DNA from: Bythopirellula sp.
GTDB lineage: Bacteria > Planctomycetota > Planctomycetia > Pirellulales > Lacipirellulaceae
Direction: 5' to 3'
Assembly (NCBI GenBank): GCA_965216565.1
Contig: OZ244170.1
Span: 2,656,001 to 2,720,000 of the forward strand
Length of the DNA: 64,000 bases
The stretch's first letter is position 1; every line of letters begins with the position of its first letter. Shown piece by piece: positions 10,324 through 21,056 of the stretch. The notes below the pieces were generated by a model that saw only the letters and a list, made by a program, of their open reading frames with translations, searched no databases and had not been told where the DNA came from. The position numbers were made by a program, and so were the translations under genes.

Positions 10324-12306
10324 TCAGGCCTTGAGCGGAACACCGTCCGCATTAGTCCCTGAGCTCTTGGTTTCTGTTTTCAGAACGACGTCTTTTCGGC
10401 CTGCCGATCGAAATCTGGCGTGAAGCGACTCCCAGTCGATGGTAAGCCTGCCCCCCGTGTTCTCATGCTGTTTTGCCCAGTTCATCAATAGTTCCAGACA
10501 TGCATGATCGATGAAGTCGAGGTGTTCGAAATCGACATGCAAATCGGTGCCCCGCGGCACACGTTCCAACTCAGCGGCAATTACGGGCAAACGCAGGAAA
10601 GAGGCAGAACCGTTCACCTTTAAGACGGCTGAGCGGCTTTCCTCATCGACCGTTAGGTCCGTTTCCAGCTGCGAAATGCTGTGGAGGAGTTTGGCGGCTG
10701 CGAGGACAATTCCCACTACCACCCCCGTCAACAAATCGGTACAGACGATGGTCGCCAAGGTTACGAAGTAAATCAAAACTTCGAATTTGCCGTACTTCGC
10801 GAGCTCGCGAATGGCGTTGATATTTACCAGTTTGTAGCCCGTATAAACCAGAATCGCTGCCAAGGCAGCGGTAGGGATTTGACGCAGCAAAAAGCCTAGC
10901 GATACAACAAAAATTAGCAGCCAAATACCATGCAAGATCGCCGAGAGCCGCGTTTTCCCGCCGGCTTGGACGTTGGCCGAGCTTCGCACAATCACACCTG
11001 TCATCGGGAGAGCACCCAGGAAACCGCAAATTGTGTTTCCCACCCCTTGGGCGAACAACTCGCGGTCGTAGTCGGTCCGCGGGCCATGATGCATCTGATC
11101 GACAGCCGTCGCGCAGAGCAAGGTCTCGGCACTGGCGACGATGGCAATAATTGCTGCCGATTGCAGCAGTGTCAGTAAACTGAGCTCTGAGAGGACGGCC
11201 ATAGAAGGAAAGTGGATGCCTTCCCACAACTGGTCGGGTACCTCAACATACAAGACTGGCATGCTAAACATGATGGCGGCAGCAGTGGAAGCGATCACCG
11301 CAACCAATGGGGCGGGTAAGACTTTTAGTTTACCTGGAACAAATTGCCAGACGATAATGACGCCGATGGCCAACAACCCTAGCTGGGCCGCGGAACGGTG
11401 GTTCTTCAAACTGCCGAGTAGATTATCCATCTCATCCACGGCCTGATCCTGCGCAGCCAATACCTCAGCCGGATCTCCCTCATCCATTGCAGAAAGGGCT
11501 ATCTGGCCCTGGTTCCTAGATTCGGCAATGGCCTCTTCGATTCGTTCCGCTTGCTCTGGGTCGGAATGCCTATGCTCCTCTTGTTGGATTTCGCTGGTAA
11601 CCTCTGCCAGGCGATCGTTGATCGTCTGCTGCGATTCGGAGTATTGCTCTAGTGACTCCTCAGAAGCAGCCAGTTGCTCGGCTGAGAAATCGATGTTTGG
11701 ATCGTGGATGTGGGGGAAGAGCTCGGCCACGCGTTCCTGCATTTCCACCTGCTGGCGGTGCAATTCACCCACCTCTTGCAAGGCTGCCTTGTGAAACACC
11801 CGCGATTCGTGATCGTAGCTCCCCGAGTCGGCAAACGCTTTGTAGATTGCTTGGGGGATGGTCACGAGATTTTCGATGCCATTGCCCTTGGGCTTGTCAT
11901 CGACCATCACGTGAAACTGGCTGGCGAAAATCAGGACGCCGATGCCCGCCAACATGCCTTTGATCACTGCGGGTGAAACAGCACGGAACCACTGCCCCAG
12001 CTTAAAGATGCCTGCCAAGAGCTGCATCACACCCGCTAAGAGCACGATAATACCAAGCGACTCCAAACCAAACCGCAGGACAATGTCGACGATAATCACG
12101 GTAAGGCCGGCCGCCGGGCCGCTTACCTGGAGCGGAGAACCGGCAATCGAGCCGACGACTATTCCGCCCACAATGCCCGTGATGAGTCCCGCTGCGACGG
12201 GAACTCCCGATGCAATGGCAATGCCCATGCACAGTGGCAGGGCGACGAGGAAGACCACCATGGATGCCATGAAGTCTTGCTTGAATGTGCTCTCTTTTTG
12301 CGACAT
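10324..12306 (-). CDS. SulP/SLC26 anion transporter with a ~140-aa hydrophilic insertion and STAS domain
   Basis: VALPLCMGIAIASG, QVSGPAAGL, LPMTGVIVRSSAN, STAS FIDHAC. Start at MSQK. Confidence 0.92.
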   Translation of the reverse strand: MSQKESTFKQDFMASMVVFLVALPLCMGIAIASGVPVAAGLITGIVGGIVVGSIAGSPLQVSGPAAGLTVIIVDIVLRFGLESLGIIVLLAGVMQLLAGIFKLGQWFRAVSPAVIKGMLAGIGVLIFASQFHVMVDDKPKGNGIENLVTIPQAIYKAFADSGSYDHESRVFHKAALQEVGELHRQQVEMQERVAELFPHIHDPNIDFSAEQLAASEESLEQYSESQQTINDRLAEVTSEIQQEEHRHSDPEQAERIEEAIAESRNQGQIALSAMDEGDPAEVLAAQDQAVDEMDNLLGSLKNHRSAAQLGLLAIGVIIVWQFVPGKLKVLPAPLVAVIASTAAAIMFSMPVLYVEVPDQLWEGIHFPSMAVLSELSLLTLLQSAAIIAIVASAETLLCATAVDQMHHGPRTDYDRELFAQGVGNTICGFLGALPMTGVIVRSSANVQAGGKTRLSAILHGIWLLIFVVSLGFLLRQIPTAALAAILVYTGYKLVNINAIRELAKYGKFEVLIYFVTLATIVCTDLLTGVVVGIVLAAAKLLHSISQLETDLTVDEESRSAVLKVNGSASFLRLPVIAAELERVPRGTDLHVDFEHLDFIDHACLELLMNWAKQHENTGGRLTIDWESLHARFRSAGRKDVVLKTETKSSGTNADGVPLKA

Positions 12307-12592
12307 CGATCCTATTTCTCCGTGGTGTTTCCCCATTAGCTTACAGGCTGGGAAAATGGATTACTACCGAAATTGAAGGGAAATAGGTTCCCAAATCGCA
12401 CCGAACTGGGGAATACCAGAATCACAGCTGGTAGCAGCCAACTGGGAGCCAACCGCCATCCTTCGGGTTCCTGGTAGCTTCTCAGTATCCCCCAAACCGA
12501 AGGTGAAGCAGATTACAAACAGCTGTATACTCATCCGCATCCTGGCGTAGCTACCTCGGCACCCCACTGGCACCTGCCCTGATCGTCCTGAA

Positions 12593-13474
12593 ATGTCTCA
12601 CACCAACCAATCCACACCGCCATCGAACCGCACCTGGCGGGAGCGGTGGTACGAAATTATCTTCGAAGCCGACACCCCCGCCGGCAAATTGTTTGATGTA
12701 TTGCTGCTGGTCGCCATTTTGCTCAGCGTGTTGGTTGTGATGTGCGAGAGTGTCGAGAGCATCCGAGACGAGCATGGCAACTTTCTTGTCGCTGCCGAGT
12801 GGTTTTTCACCGTTCTGTTTACCATCGAATACGTGGCACGAATCGTCTGTGCCCATCGTCCCCTGCGCTACATCTTCAGCTTTTACGGCATCGTCGATTT
12901 ATTGGCCATTCTGCCAACTTATTTAATGATGTTGCCAGTCTTTGCCGGGTCCGCAGAAGCGCAGCGGCTGGCCGTGATTCGCGCCCTGCGGTTGCTACGG
13001 GCGTTTCGGATTTTCAAGCTCGCGCACATGCTTTCGGAAGCGACCGCCTTACGGCAAGCAATTTGGGCGGCGAGGGCGAAAGTGGCGGTGTTTCTTTCTG
13101 TGGTTGTAATTGCGATTGTGATCGTCGGCTCAGCCATGCACTTGATTGAGGGAGGCCGCGGCGGCAAAGACGTGAACGGCAATCTTATTCCGAATGGATT
13201 CGACTCGGTGCCGGAAAGTATGTACTGGGCGGTGGTGACGATGACCACCGTCGGCTATGGCGACGTTTCGCCCACGACCTCATTGGGAAAGTTTCTAGCT
13301 GCATGCATGATGATGTTGGGGTACTGCATGATCATTGTGCCAACGAGCATCGTCTCGGCAGAGTTAGCTCACGGCGATAGCAAACCGTTGACCACGCAAG
13401 TCTGCCCAGTGTGCATGGCGGAGGGGCACGACCACGATGCCAAGCACTGTAAGTTCTGCGGCGGGAAGCTGTAG
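12593..13474 (+). CDS. Voltage-gated-type potassium channel (ion transporter) with C-terminal Zn ribbon
   Basis: S4 RALRLLRAFRIFK, selectivity filter TTVGYGD, CPVC...CKFC. Confidence 0.93.
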   Translation: MSHTNQSTPPSNRTWRERWYEIIFEADTPAGKLFDVLLLVAILLSVLVVMCESVESIRDEHGNFLVAAEWFFTVLFTIEYVARIVCAHRPLRYIFSFYGIVDLLAILPTYLMMLPVFAGSAEAQRLAVIRALRLLRAFRIFKLAHMLSEATALRQAIWAARAKVAVFLSVVVIAIVIVGSAMHLIEGGRGGKDVNGNLIPNGFDSVPESMYWAVVTMTTVGYGDVSPTTSLGKFLAACMMMLGYCMIIVPTSIVSAELAHGDSKPLTTQVCPVCMAEGHDHDAKHCKFCGGKL

Positions 13475-13498
13475 AAATTGGCTCAGCGATTCTTAGCC

Positions 13499-13556
13499 GC
13501 TGTAATTCTAAGCTGCTGTAATTCTAAGCTGTCATAATTCTAAGCTGCTGTAATTC
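13499..13556. repeat. 16-bp tandem repeat x3.6
   Basis: GCTGTAATTCTAAGCT x2, GTCATAATTCTAAGCT, GCTGTAATTC. Confidence 0.9.
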
Positions 13557-14101
13557 GACTCTAGCGACCGAGAATAGAGGCTGAGATTCTGGTTGGCCGT
13601 ATGGTAGATTGATGCAAGTTCATAACAGCCACCCTCATATGTGCCGCCTTTGCGTGTTTTTTGACCGACGGGCTATATTTCTCGGGGATAAATAAATACC
13701 TTGCTAGGATTGAAATCTATATCTTGTGTCGAACAAGAATTGGCACACAAGAAAGCAAATTCGCGATTGCCTATTTTGTGTCGTGATGTCTGGCAATCCA
13801 CTACTGCTAGTGTCGCCCCAACGCAGAAAATGGCTCAAAACAAACGCTTGACGTACAAGCCTTATTAAATTGGGGAAATCCTGATTGCTTAGTCGGTGGA
13901 GCAGCGATAATTGAAGCTCCCATCGCCAGTACGATTCCCTCTGAATTTGGTGGCAAGCTTAGCGAGAGCCTGCCCAAGAAACACTTTGCCGGCGAGGCGG
14001 TATTTTGATATAACAGGGCCACGCCAGAATCAGTGAGTAGAGGGGAATTTCGAGGGGCCCAATAGGCGACTAGCTGAGTTCTTTCTGCGAACTCGCATGC
14101 C

Positions 14102-15946
14102 ATGAAAGATTCGACTGTGCGACTTCCAACTTCTTTTTGGGCCCTGGCCTTTATAGCTATCACGGCCAGTCTCTCCGTGGAGAGTTCGTCCCACGCCCTG
14201 ACGATTGCCGCTCCCAATAACATTTGGGATCTACCCGCGGAAGAAGTAGGCTCCTGGCACAATGCGTCGAACTGGTCAGACGGTGTGCCAGATGCGTTGG
14301 ACATCGTCGCGATCCAAGGCGGACAGGTTCGCATCCGCCGAGGGTTTGCAACGGCGGGGACCTTAGAACTCGCCAGATACCGGCCAGCATTGGAACTCTC
14401 GGATAATCTTTTGATTCAGTCCGGCGGGCGCGCCAAATTTGGTGGACTGAGTATTAAGGATGGCACCTACGACATGAAGGGCGGGTCTCTTTCGACAAAA
14501 GGTTTGACTGTGGGGAATGCTCCATTCCTCGGGTTCCGTCCTCTGCCTGTGCCTGTGCCTGTGCCTGTACCCGATCCGAATTCACCTTGGCTGATCCAGC
14601 CCGGAGGCATCCAACCGATTCTCATCGAGCCAATCGTACCCTGGGAACCTAGCGAGGGAGAGGCTAGCGAAGAGATTCCGATCGACCCTATCGAAACACA
14701 GCCAACAATCTTCCGCTTTCCGGCAGTACAGTTTCATCAGTCGAGAGGAAGGGCAAGAATTGAAGATCGACTATCAATCTACGGTGGAGGTGTGAGACTC
14801 TCGGGCGGGCGGCTCTCGACAGAATCTCTCCTACTCGATGTATCCGACCTGAATACTCTAATTCTGAACGACTCTCCAGCAGCTCGCGGCTTTGAACAAG
14901 ACGGCGGTTTCGCAAAGATCCATGACTCGCTGCTTATCCAAAACGGCAGCTACACGATGTCGGCTGGCGTGATGAAGGTCGATCGCATCGCCATCGGCGA
15001 TCCCGCGATGGACGATGGCTCCCCCGATTCTTCCAATCGACGCCCCGAATTTCGGCAAGATGGTGGATATGTCAACGTGGCTGGCAACTTGGAATTGTGC
15101 GCGCCGGCTTTCGTTTGGCCGATCCGGCCTTTTGCAGCTGTGAACTACCACTTGGAAGGCGGTAAGCTACGCGTCGGTGGCGACGCCGTGGTCGGCAGTA
15201 TGGGAGCGGCGCCAACGAACTTTTTTCATCGTGGCGGACGTGCCACGATTGATGGGACGCTGCGAATCGAAGGCGATACGAGTCGCTACGATATCAGCGG
15301 AGGCAAACTTTTTGCAAACACTCTCGAAGTCAGCAAGGGCGTCTTCAATACAGGAGGGACGTTTGCCTTTTCGGCCCCGGCTGATGTCTCAGTGAGAAGC
15401 CATATTTTTCTCGGTGAAGAAAGCCGGATCGAAGCAGTCCCTGGCAGTCGACTGAGATTCCAAGGCGATTCGTTCGAAAATCACAGCACCCTTGCTGCGA
15501 ATCATCGCGGACTAAATGACTTGAAGTTGATTGTCGAGAGCGACCAGCGCGATTTATTGCGTTTCGGGCCCTCACGATTCACAACGCTCGAAGTGGGAGG
15601 AGAGGATTTTGGCGACGTCTCAGCAGGTTACACAGAGAACTTCGCACTCGATACGCTTCAGGTTGGAAGTAAACGCGCTGCCAATCTGCGCTTGGTAGAT
15701 TTGGTGGATAACCAGCTCGAGTATGACGGCGCCGAAGCCCTCTATGTCGATCACTTGCATGTTAGCCCGGGATCGATTCTCGACCTGGGAGGACTTTCTC
15801 TGTACTACCGTTCGGCAAATATTCTCGGTGAAATTCTTGATGGTACCGCGAAATCTATTCTCTCAACCGTTCCGGAACCTGGGTCTCTAAGCTTGTTATT
15901 GACGGGCCTGCTAATCTGCGGGCGTCGACGTCGCGTATTACCCTGA
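14102..15946 (+). CDS. PEP-CTERM protein with beta-helix-like Gly-rich repeats and a Pro-rich insert
   Basis: Signal peptide, W..ASNWSDGVP motif, recurring xxGG strands, VPEPGS + TM + RRRR. Confidence 0.85.
   Translation: MKDSTVRLPTSFWALAFIAITASLSVESSSHALTIAAPNNIWDLPAEEVGSWHNASNWSDGVPDALDIVAIQGGQVRIRRGFATAGTLELARYRPALELSDNLLIQSGGRAKFGGLSIKDGTYDMKGGSLSTKGLTVGNAPFLGFRPLPVPVPVPVPDPNSPWLIQPGGIQPILIEPIVPWEPSEGEASEEIPIDPIETQPTIFRFPAVQFHQSRGRARIEDRLSIYGGGVRLSGGRLSTESLLLDVSDLNTLILNDSPAARGFEQDGGFAKIHDSLLIQNGSYTMSAGVMKVDRIAIGDPAMDDGSPDSSNRRPEFRQDGGYVNVAGNLELCAPAFVWPIRPFAAVNYHLEGGKLRVGGDAVVGSMGAAPTNFFHRGGRATIDGTLRIEGDTSRYDISGGKLFANTLEVSKGVFNTGGTFAFSAPADVSVRSHIFLGEESRIEAVPGSRLRFQGDSFENHSTLAANHRGLNDLKLIVESDQRDLLRFGPSRFTTLEVGGEDFGDVSAGYTENFALDTLQVGSKRAANLRLVDLVDNQLEYDGAEALYVDHLHVSPGSILDLGGLSLYYRSANILGEILDGTAKSILSTVPEPGSLSLLLTGLLICGRRRRVLP
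14545..14568 (+). repeat. In-frame (GCCTGT)4 microsatellite encoding (PV)n
   Basis: Direct reading of the sequence. Confidence 0.9.
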
Positions 15947-16400
15947 CTCGGTCACCGCTTAGGGTGCGTCGTGGTGCTTCTTTCTAGTAACCGCGAATAG
16001 CGCTAATCGTCACGAATTTGAAGGAACCTTTTTTAGTTAACGTGATTAGGGTGTCGCCCCCATTTGTGTGATGATGCAGTCCGACGTTGGTTAGCTATTG
16101 GCCTAATTCGCTTCGGTGGGGGCGACTGAAGCGTCGTAGCCAGTCCCTCTAAAGTACAGAGGTCAATGAACCCGATGCAGAGCAGCAAATGAGTCGACTC
16201 TAAGCTCAAACCGCGTAGTTCGCGATGAAGCCGGTATATTCCCTATCCCATTTAGCCATTGAAATGCTAAGTTACGCGGTGTTTTATCGCCAATTTAGCC
16301 TGTCTCCCGTATGTTTCTTGCGTATCTCTCAGGATGCAACTAAAATGCACCCGTCGTATGCATAAGATAGTAAATACAAACCAAGGACAAGAACTAACGT

Positions 16401-16469
16401 AAAGCCGCCACGAATCAATGCACTTTGGCTACATCAAGGTAGTTTCCGTGCGGGGTTCGTGGCGGCTTT
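16401..16469 (+). promoter_or_regulatory. Perfect 14-bp inverted repeat leader hairpin upstream of a PEP-CTERM gene
   Basis: AAAGCCGCCACGAA (16401-16414) / TTCGTGGCGGCTTT (16456-16469). Confidence 0.6.
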
Positions 16470-16605
16470 CTTAATGGCTACACCTATTAGTTTGAGGCAA
16501 GCTTCAAAGTCGTTGAAAGGATATGCCGGTTTTTTGCAAATGCTTAGTATTAGTAATAAGAAATCGTTCTCAAAAAAACTCATTTTTCTCTACAGATAGT
16601 CCAAC

Positions 16606-18252
16606 ATGAAAAAGTCACTCGCATTGCGGCAACTATGTAGATTTCTTATGTGTACTTCATTTGTCCCTCTAGCCCGAAGAGTTGTCGGAACAGTAAGTTT
16701 TGTACTCATTGCATCTACTGTTTCGGCTCAGGTTTTCGACCCTGGGCCATCCGATCCGAATCTGTTTGACACAGTACTCAATATTCCTCCCGACCCGAGT
16801 ATTGGCGATGATCAGAGCATTGAATCCTCGACTCAACTCAACTTATATGACGGCGGCTCAATTGGCTTGTTCTTTAACGCTGGATCACCTGATGGGTCCA
16901 GTAGCAACGTAGAGGCTAACATTTTCGGCGGGACTGTCGGATACGGCTTCGGTGCCATGTCCGGAAGTGAGGTTAACATCAGTGGTGGTATTATAGGTCG
17001 CCCAAGAACGGGCATCACCGCCTTCGGCGGTAGTGTGATGAATATCAGCGGTGGGAATATTGTCTCAAGCATATCGGCTTTTCCCAATAGTGTCGTGAAT
17101 GTCGATGGTGGTGTGTTTCACAGCAGATTCAACGTACGGTCTAACGGCAATCTTAAGGTCCGTGGCGGGGCCATCTTTGGGCTGCTGAAGTTTGGCGATG
17201 TGGAATTGATCGGAGGAGAATTCCTGCTCAACGGTATCCCTTATCAGGATCCATCAATAACCTTTGGTGGAAACGACGTGTTTTCCGGCACGCTGATGGA
17301 CGGATCAACATTTATCTTCAACCAAAGCCGAAGCGGCTATATTCATGACGTGACGCTCGTTTCTTCGGCCTTGCCGGCGTTAGACCTCGCACCAATTGTC
17401 ATTGAAACTCCCAATCCTGATCGACCCTCTGGCCTCCGGGCTGGTCAGTCGTTGACGCTACGAGACGGGGGACTGCTGAATGCAAACTTCGCCGTCGTCA
17501 GCGCAGAGTTAAACATCGAGGGAGGCGACCTGGGGGACGGTGCAGAATCCACAAATAGCGTTGTGAACATCAGTGGTGGAACCATTGGTTCCAGCTTTGA
17601 CGCCTACTCTGGCAGTGAAGTCAATATCAGTGGTGGCTCAGTTGGCTCTGCCTTCAGAGCTCAGCACGGAAGCGTTGTGAACGTCAGCGGCGGAAGTGTT
17701 GGGGAATCATTCTTTGCCTCTTCGGGAAGTGTGGTAAACATCAGCGGTGGAACTGTCGGTGAAACCCCGGGCGACTTCATTACCGCTGAATCCGGAAGTG
17801 TGCTAAACATATCCGGTGGTACTTTGCAGAGCGCTATACAGGCACGTTCTGGAAGTGTAGTAAACATCAGTGGCGGTATTCTAAATAGCTATTTCTATGG
17901 ACTGCCTGGTGGCCAGGACATAAACATTTTTGGCAGAGAGTTTTTCCTCGATGGCCAGCCAGTAACCGGAACTACAATTAATGAAGCGAGAACGATTACG
18001 GAACGAGAAATCGTCTTGTCGGGACTGCTAGCTGACGGTTCACCTTTCAGCTTTAATCTCGATCCGTTTGTTCCTTCCGGTGTAGATTCTTTTCCAATCG
18101 ATGCAACGATAAACGTGACAGTCGTTCCAGTCCCGGAACCAAAGTCACTGACGATAATCTGGCTGGCAGTGGGGCTCTTTTTCCCAAGATGTGGTGGCGG
18201 TCGTTGGTGTCGGACCAGACTAGGCACTACCAGTTTCAGTTTCTGTAATTAA
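16606..18252 (+). CDS. PEP-CTERM protein with tandem GSxVNISGG repeats
   Basis: About 19-aa repeat units, GxLADGSPFSF motifs, VPEPKS + TM. Confidence 0.88.
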   Translation: MKKSLALRQLCRFLMCTSFVPLARRVVGTVSFVLIASTVSAQVFDPGPSDPNLFDTVLNIPPDPSIGDDQSIESSTQLNLYDGGSIGLFFNAGSPDGSSSNVEANIFGGTVGYGFGAMSGSEVNISGGIIGRPRTGITAFGGSVMNISGGNIVSSISAFPNSVVNVDGGVFHSRFNVRSNGNLKVRGGAIFGLLKFGDVELIGGEFLLNGIPYQDPSITFGGNDVFSGTLMDGSTFIFNQSRSGYIHDVTLVSSALPALDLAPIVIETPNPDRPSGLRAGQSLTLRDGGLLNANFAVVSAELNIEGGDLGDGAESTNSVVNISGGTIGSSFDAYSGSEVNISGGSVGSAFRAQHGSVVNVSGGSVGESFFASSGSVVNISGGTVGETPGDFITAESGSVLNISGGTLQSAIQARSGSVVNISGGILNSYFYGLPGGQDINIFGREFFLDGQPVTGTTINEARTITEREIVLSGLLADGSPFSFNLDPFVPSGVDSFPIDATINVTVVPVPEPKSLTIIWLAVGLFFPRCGGGRWCRTRLGTTSFSFCN

Positions 18253-18439
18253 CGGTCCCTTCACAACTGATCTTTAGGGCGAATTCTAATCCGCCGCAGT
18301 TGCACCAACCTTTTTCTTTCGGCTCTTCGGAACCTGCACTGGCGTGAAATGTCGATAGGAGTTGAGTGCGGAGATGATGCCTACTTCAGCGATAAAACGC
18401 AAGCTTGAAACTCGCTTCGGTTGAGCACTCCTGAGCGAA

Positions 18440-18615
18440 TTCGACTGCGGCCATGCGGTGGGGACGACCGACGCGTCGAAGCCTGGATTGCAATCTGTGT
18501 CCAATTGCATTCGGTCGTTTTCAACTCAGCGAGTTGGCGTCCAACAAAGCTCCGCTCAAATGTCCGTCATCTCAGTCCCTGCAAACTGTTCTAGCTGGTC
18601 AATTGACGAGAGCAG
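18440..18615 (-). pseudogene. Highly degraded AraC-family HTH remnant
   Basis: Across frames: SIDQLEQFAG / GLR*RTFERSF ... LKTTECNWTQIAIQ / GFD, resembling the two AraC HTHs. Confidence 0.35.
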
Positions 18616-18650
18616 AATAGTTCAGGGAGGTGCTCTGGATAATTGCCAGG

Positions 18651-21056
18651 TTAATTTACTTTGAGCAATAGCACGCCGTTGGGCATGAGCTCAAATTCAG
18701 ACCCAAGCGATTGGCCAGTGAGCATGTCGATTGCGGTGGCGGAACTTCCACTCTTCATCGCGATCTTCAGTTTCGCGGGATTCTTGCCGATGTTGAGGAT
18801 GTTCACGAGGTAACCGCCGCCCGGGTTCTCGACCACTCTCCAGGTGCATCCTTTGTGATTGGTGCCGTTGTCTTCGGTGACTTCCACTTCCGGCAGGCTC
18901 TCCGAAATCAGTCCAATCGCCTCTTCTTTGAGCGTCGCAAGCGCGCTGCCAGTTTTTAACCTGACCAGTCTGCCCTTGCTCTCGACGAGAGTCTCTTTAC
19001 GGGGCTTGCCATATTCGTTTTTGGAGAGGCTCTCGTCGCCGTCCAGAAGCACGGTGCCGCCGTCGTCCAGATAGCTTTGCAGCGCCTCGAACTCGGAATC
19101 CGTCACGAACTCGGTTTTGTAGACAAGAATCGCGTCCCAGTTGTTGTGATCCTGCTTCCGGATAATATTCTCCGTGGCAAAGCCAAGCGGGAAGCCTTCG
19201 AAGAACAATTGTTCATAGATCTCGAACTGATCCGTCATGTGCCGGTGCTTGTTGATGGCCGACGTCTCCGAATAGAAAAGACGGAGGGGACGGCGCTGTT
19301 TGCGGATCGCCATCACTTCCTCAGAGAAACTGTTCAGGTCGTACATGACCTGGGTCACTTCGTTGACGATGTGGGGCTGTTGGTTTGCTGATGCCGCATA
19401 GGAGCCGGCCAAGGCTGGATCGAAGAAATCCAGTTCGCCTTCCATACGATCTTCGGGAGATCCGTCAGGATCGCGCGCCCACCACCACGCGAGATTGGCG
19501 TCCATACCTTGGATCGTGGCCAGCCAGTAAACGCTTCGCACGTATTCCTCGGGCGAATCAAGCTCTCTGACCCAGGAAGCAGATAGGAAATGATTCTCCG
19601 AATTAAAGTGAATCTTGTCGGGCGCGACGGACTCCAAGAAGTCGTAGGCCACGCTCAACTCCTCCCAGAAATAGGCGTAGTGCGCCTCCCAAGGATCCGG
19701 CTTCGTAGCGTTGAGTTTTCTGATCCACTGTGTCTTCGCATCGTCGCCGATCATCGTGGTGAGTTCCGTCAACGCCTCCATGTCAATGCCGTGGTCCCGG
19801 TGGTTATTAGAGAAGAGATCGGGTTGCAGCTTGATGCTTGTATCCGCTTCGGGATTCCCTTTCTTCAGCTCGCCCTGGATGTACGTGAACCAGTCGGTCC
19901 CACGCTTCATATTGAAGCGGCACCAGTCATACCACATTGGTTTTCCCGTATTGGAGCGCGGGATCGGGTACGGATAGGTGACGGACGCGAAGTCAGGGAA
20001 TGAAGTTCCCCAGTTCTCGTTCAGCTCCTGGATGTCGCCGCCGTAGTTCTCCTCGAGCCATGCCTTGAAGTTGGCGTCGGTGTAGGAGGAGATGGAATTC
20101 ATTTCCTTGAAGCGCTGTGTCCAGTGCTCCTTCGCGAAAAACCAGTGAGGTTCATTGGAAAGAATGTAGCCAAGCTGAGTGACCTTCTTTCCTCGAGTGA
20201 GTTCGCCTGCTTTCTGAGCGATCTTTCCCCACACTTCGCGGACCAGGGGGTTGTCGATGTCGAACCCGGTGAAGAGGCTGCGGCCCTTATTGGCCTCCGG
20301 TTCCTTTTTCAGCACCCAGTCGGGGATGCCGCCATTCCAGAACAGGAGAAACCCCACATTCGTGTCGGCAATACCGGTAATCTCGCTCAAGAGTTCTTCA
20401 TCCCAGGTGCCATCTTCCTTGAGCAGGAACGAATTGATGGCGCGATCGTGATCGACGGGATATAGGTTTTCGCCGCCGTGAAAAATCGCTCCCAGATGAT
20501 CATTGTAAACCTGAGTATCGGTGAGCGGGCGGCCGACCGACTTGGAGAAATAGTCGTACAGGAAAATCGGCTTTCCGTTACTCAGCAATACGTCTTCACT
20601 GACCTCGATGTTCTGCCAATCGACCTTGTTCACCGGCCGTCTGACAATCTCCCCGCTCAACACGTCTTCCAGCGTGGCGATTCCGTCGTCGAGAATCTCG
20701 ATAACCTTCTTGCGTTGAAAGTCTGGGAGCTCCTCGGCCAGCTCCTTTTTCCGGCTGGAGAACGGTTTGTGATAGACGCCAAACAGATATTCGTTCGCGG
20801 CCACATTTTCCTCGTCCCAATCCGCGAACTTCACGAACTCCTTCGAAAACCAGAGCAGAGTTTCCTCTCGGGTGACGTCGAGAGATTTGGAGCGGGCGTC
20901 CTCCATCAGGTTTTCGAGAGCGTCGATCCGCGAGAGTGCCTGATCCTTGTAATTGGACCTAGTGCCCGATTGCGCATGGGCGTTGTGGATGGAGGTGGCC
21001 AGCGTCAGACCAAGTGAGAGGAGGATTGCGAAGCGATGACTGGTTTTGAAGTTCAT
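18651..21056 (-). CDS. Secreted clan GH-A glycoside hydrolase (GH42/beta-galactosidase-like) with trimerisation-type C-terminal domain
   Basis: Signal peptide; NEP acid/base motif, FKAWLEENYG..I.ELNENWGT, WYDWCRF, NSENH nucleophile-like motif. Confidence 0.75.
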   Translation of the reverse strand: MNFKTSHRFAILLSLGLTLATSIHNAHAQSGTRSNYKDQALSRIDALENLMEDARSKSLDVTREETLLWFSKEFVKFADWDEENVAANEYLFGVYHKPFSSRKKELAEELPDFQRKKVIEILDDGIATLEDVLSGEIVRRPVNKVDWQNIEVSEDVLLSNGKPIFLYDYFSKSVGRPLTDTQVYNDHLGAIFHGGENLYPVDHDRAINSFLLKEDGTWDEELLSEITGIADTNVGFLLFWNGGIPDWVLKKEPEANKGRSLFTGFDIDNPLVREVWGKIAQKAGELTRGKKVTQLGYILSNEPHWFFAKEHWTQRFKEMNSISSYTDANFKAWLEENYGGDIQELNENWGTSFPDFASVTYPYPIPRSNTGKPMWYDWCRFNMKRGTDWFTYIQGELKKGNPEADTSIKLQPDLFSNNHRDHGIDMEALTELTTMIGDDAKTQWIRKLNATKPDPWEAHYAYFWEELSVAYDFLESVAPDKIHFNSENHFLSASWVRELDSPEEYVRSVYWLATIQGMDANLAWWWARDPDGSPEDRMEGELDFFDPALAGSYAASANQQPHIVNEVTQVMYDLNSFSEEVMAIRKQRRPLRLFYSETSAINKHRHMTDQFEIYEQLFFEGFPLGFATENIIRKQDHNNWDAILVYKTEFVTDSEFEALQSYLDDGGTVLLDGDESLSKNEYGKPRKETLVESKGRLVRLKTGSALATLKEEAIGLISESLPEVEVTEDNGTNHKGCTWRVVENPGGGYLVNILNIGKNPAKLKIAMKSGSSATAIDMLTGQSLGSEFELMPNGVLLLKVN

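Noticed and set aside
13499..13556. CRISPR array (also considered for 21284-21323 and 47227-47260)
   Set aside because: Units are 14-17 bp and contiguous with no spacers; no cas genes in the window.
13740..13757. sigma54 promoter (TGGCAC...GC) upstream of a PEP-CTERM gene
   Set aside because: GG-to-GC spacing is 11 rather than 10 and TTGC is absent; TGGCA hits near 29384 and 59281 also fail.
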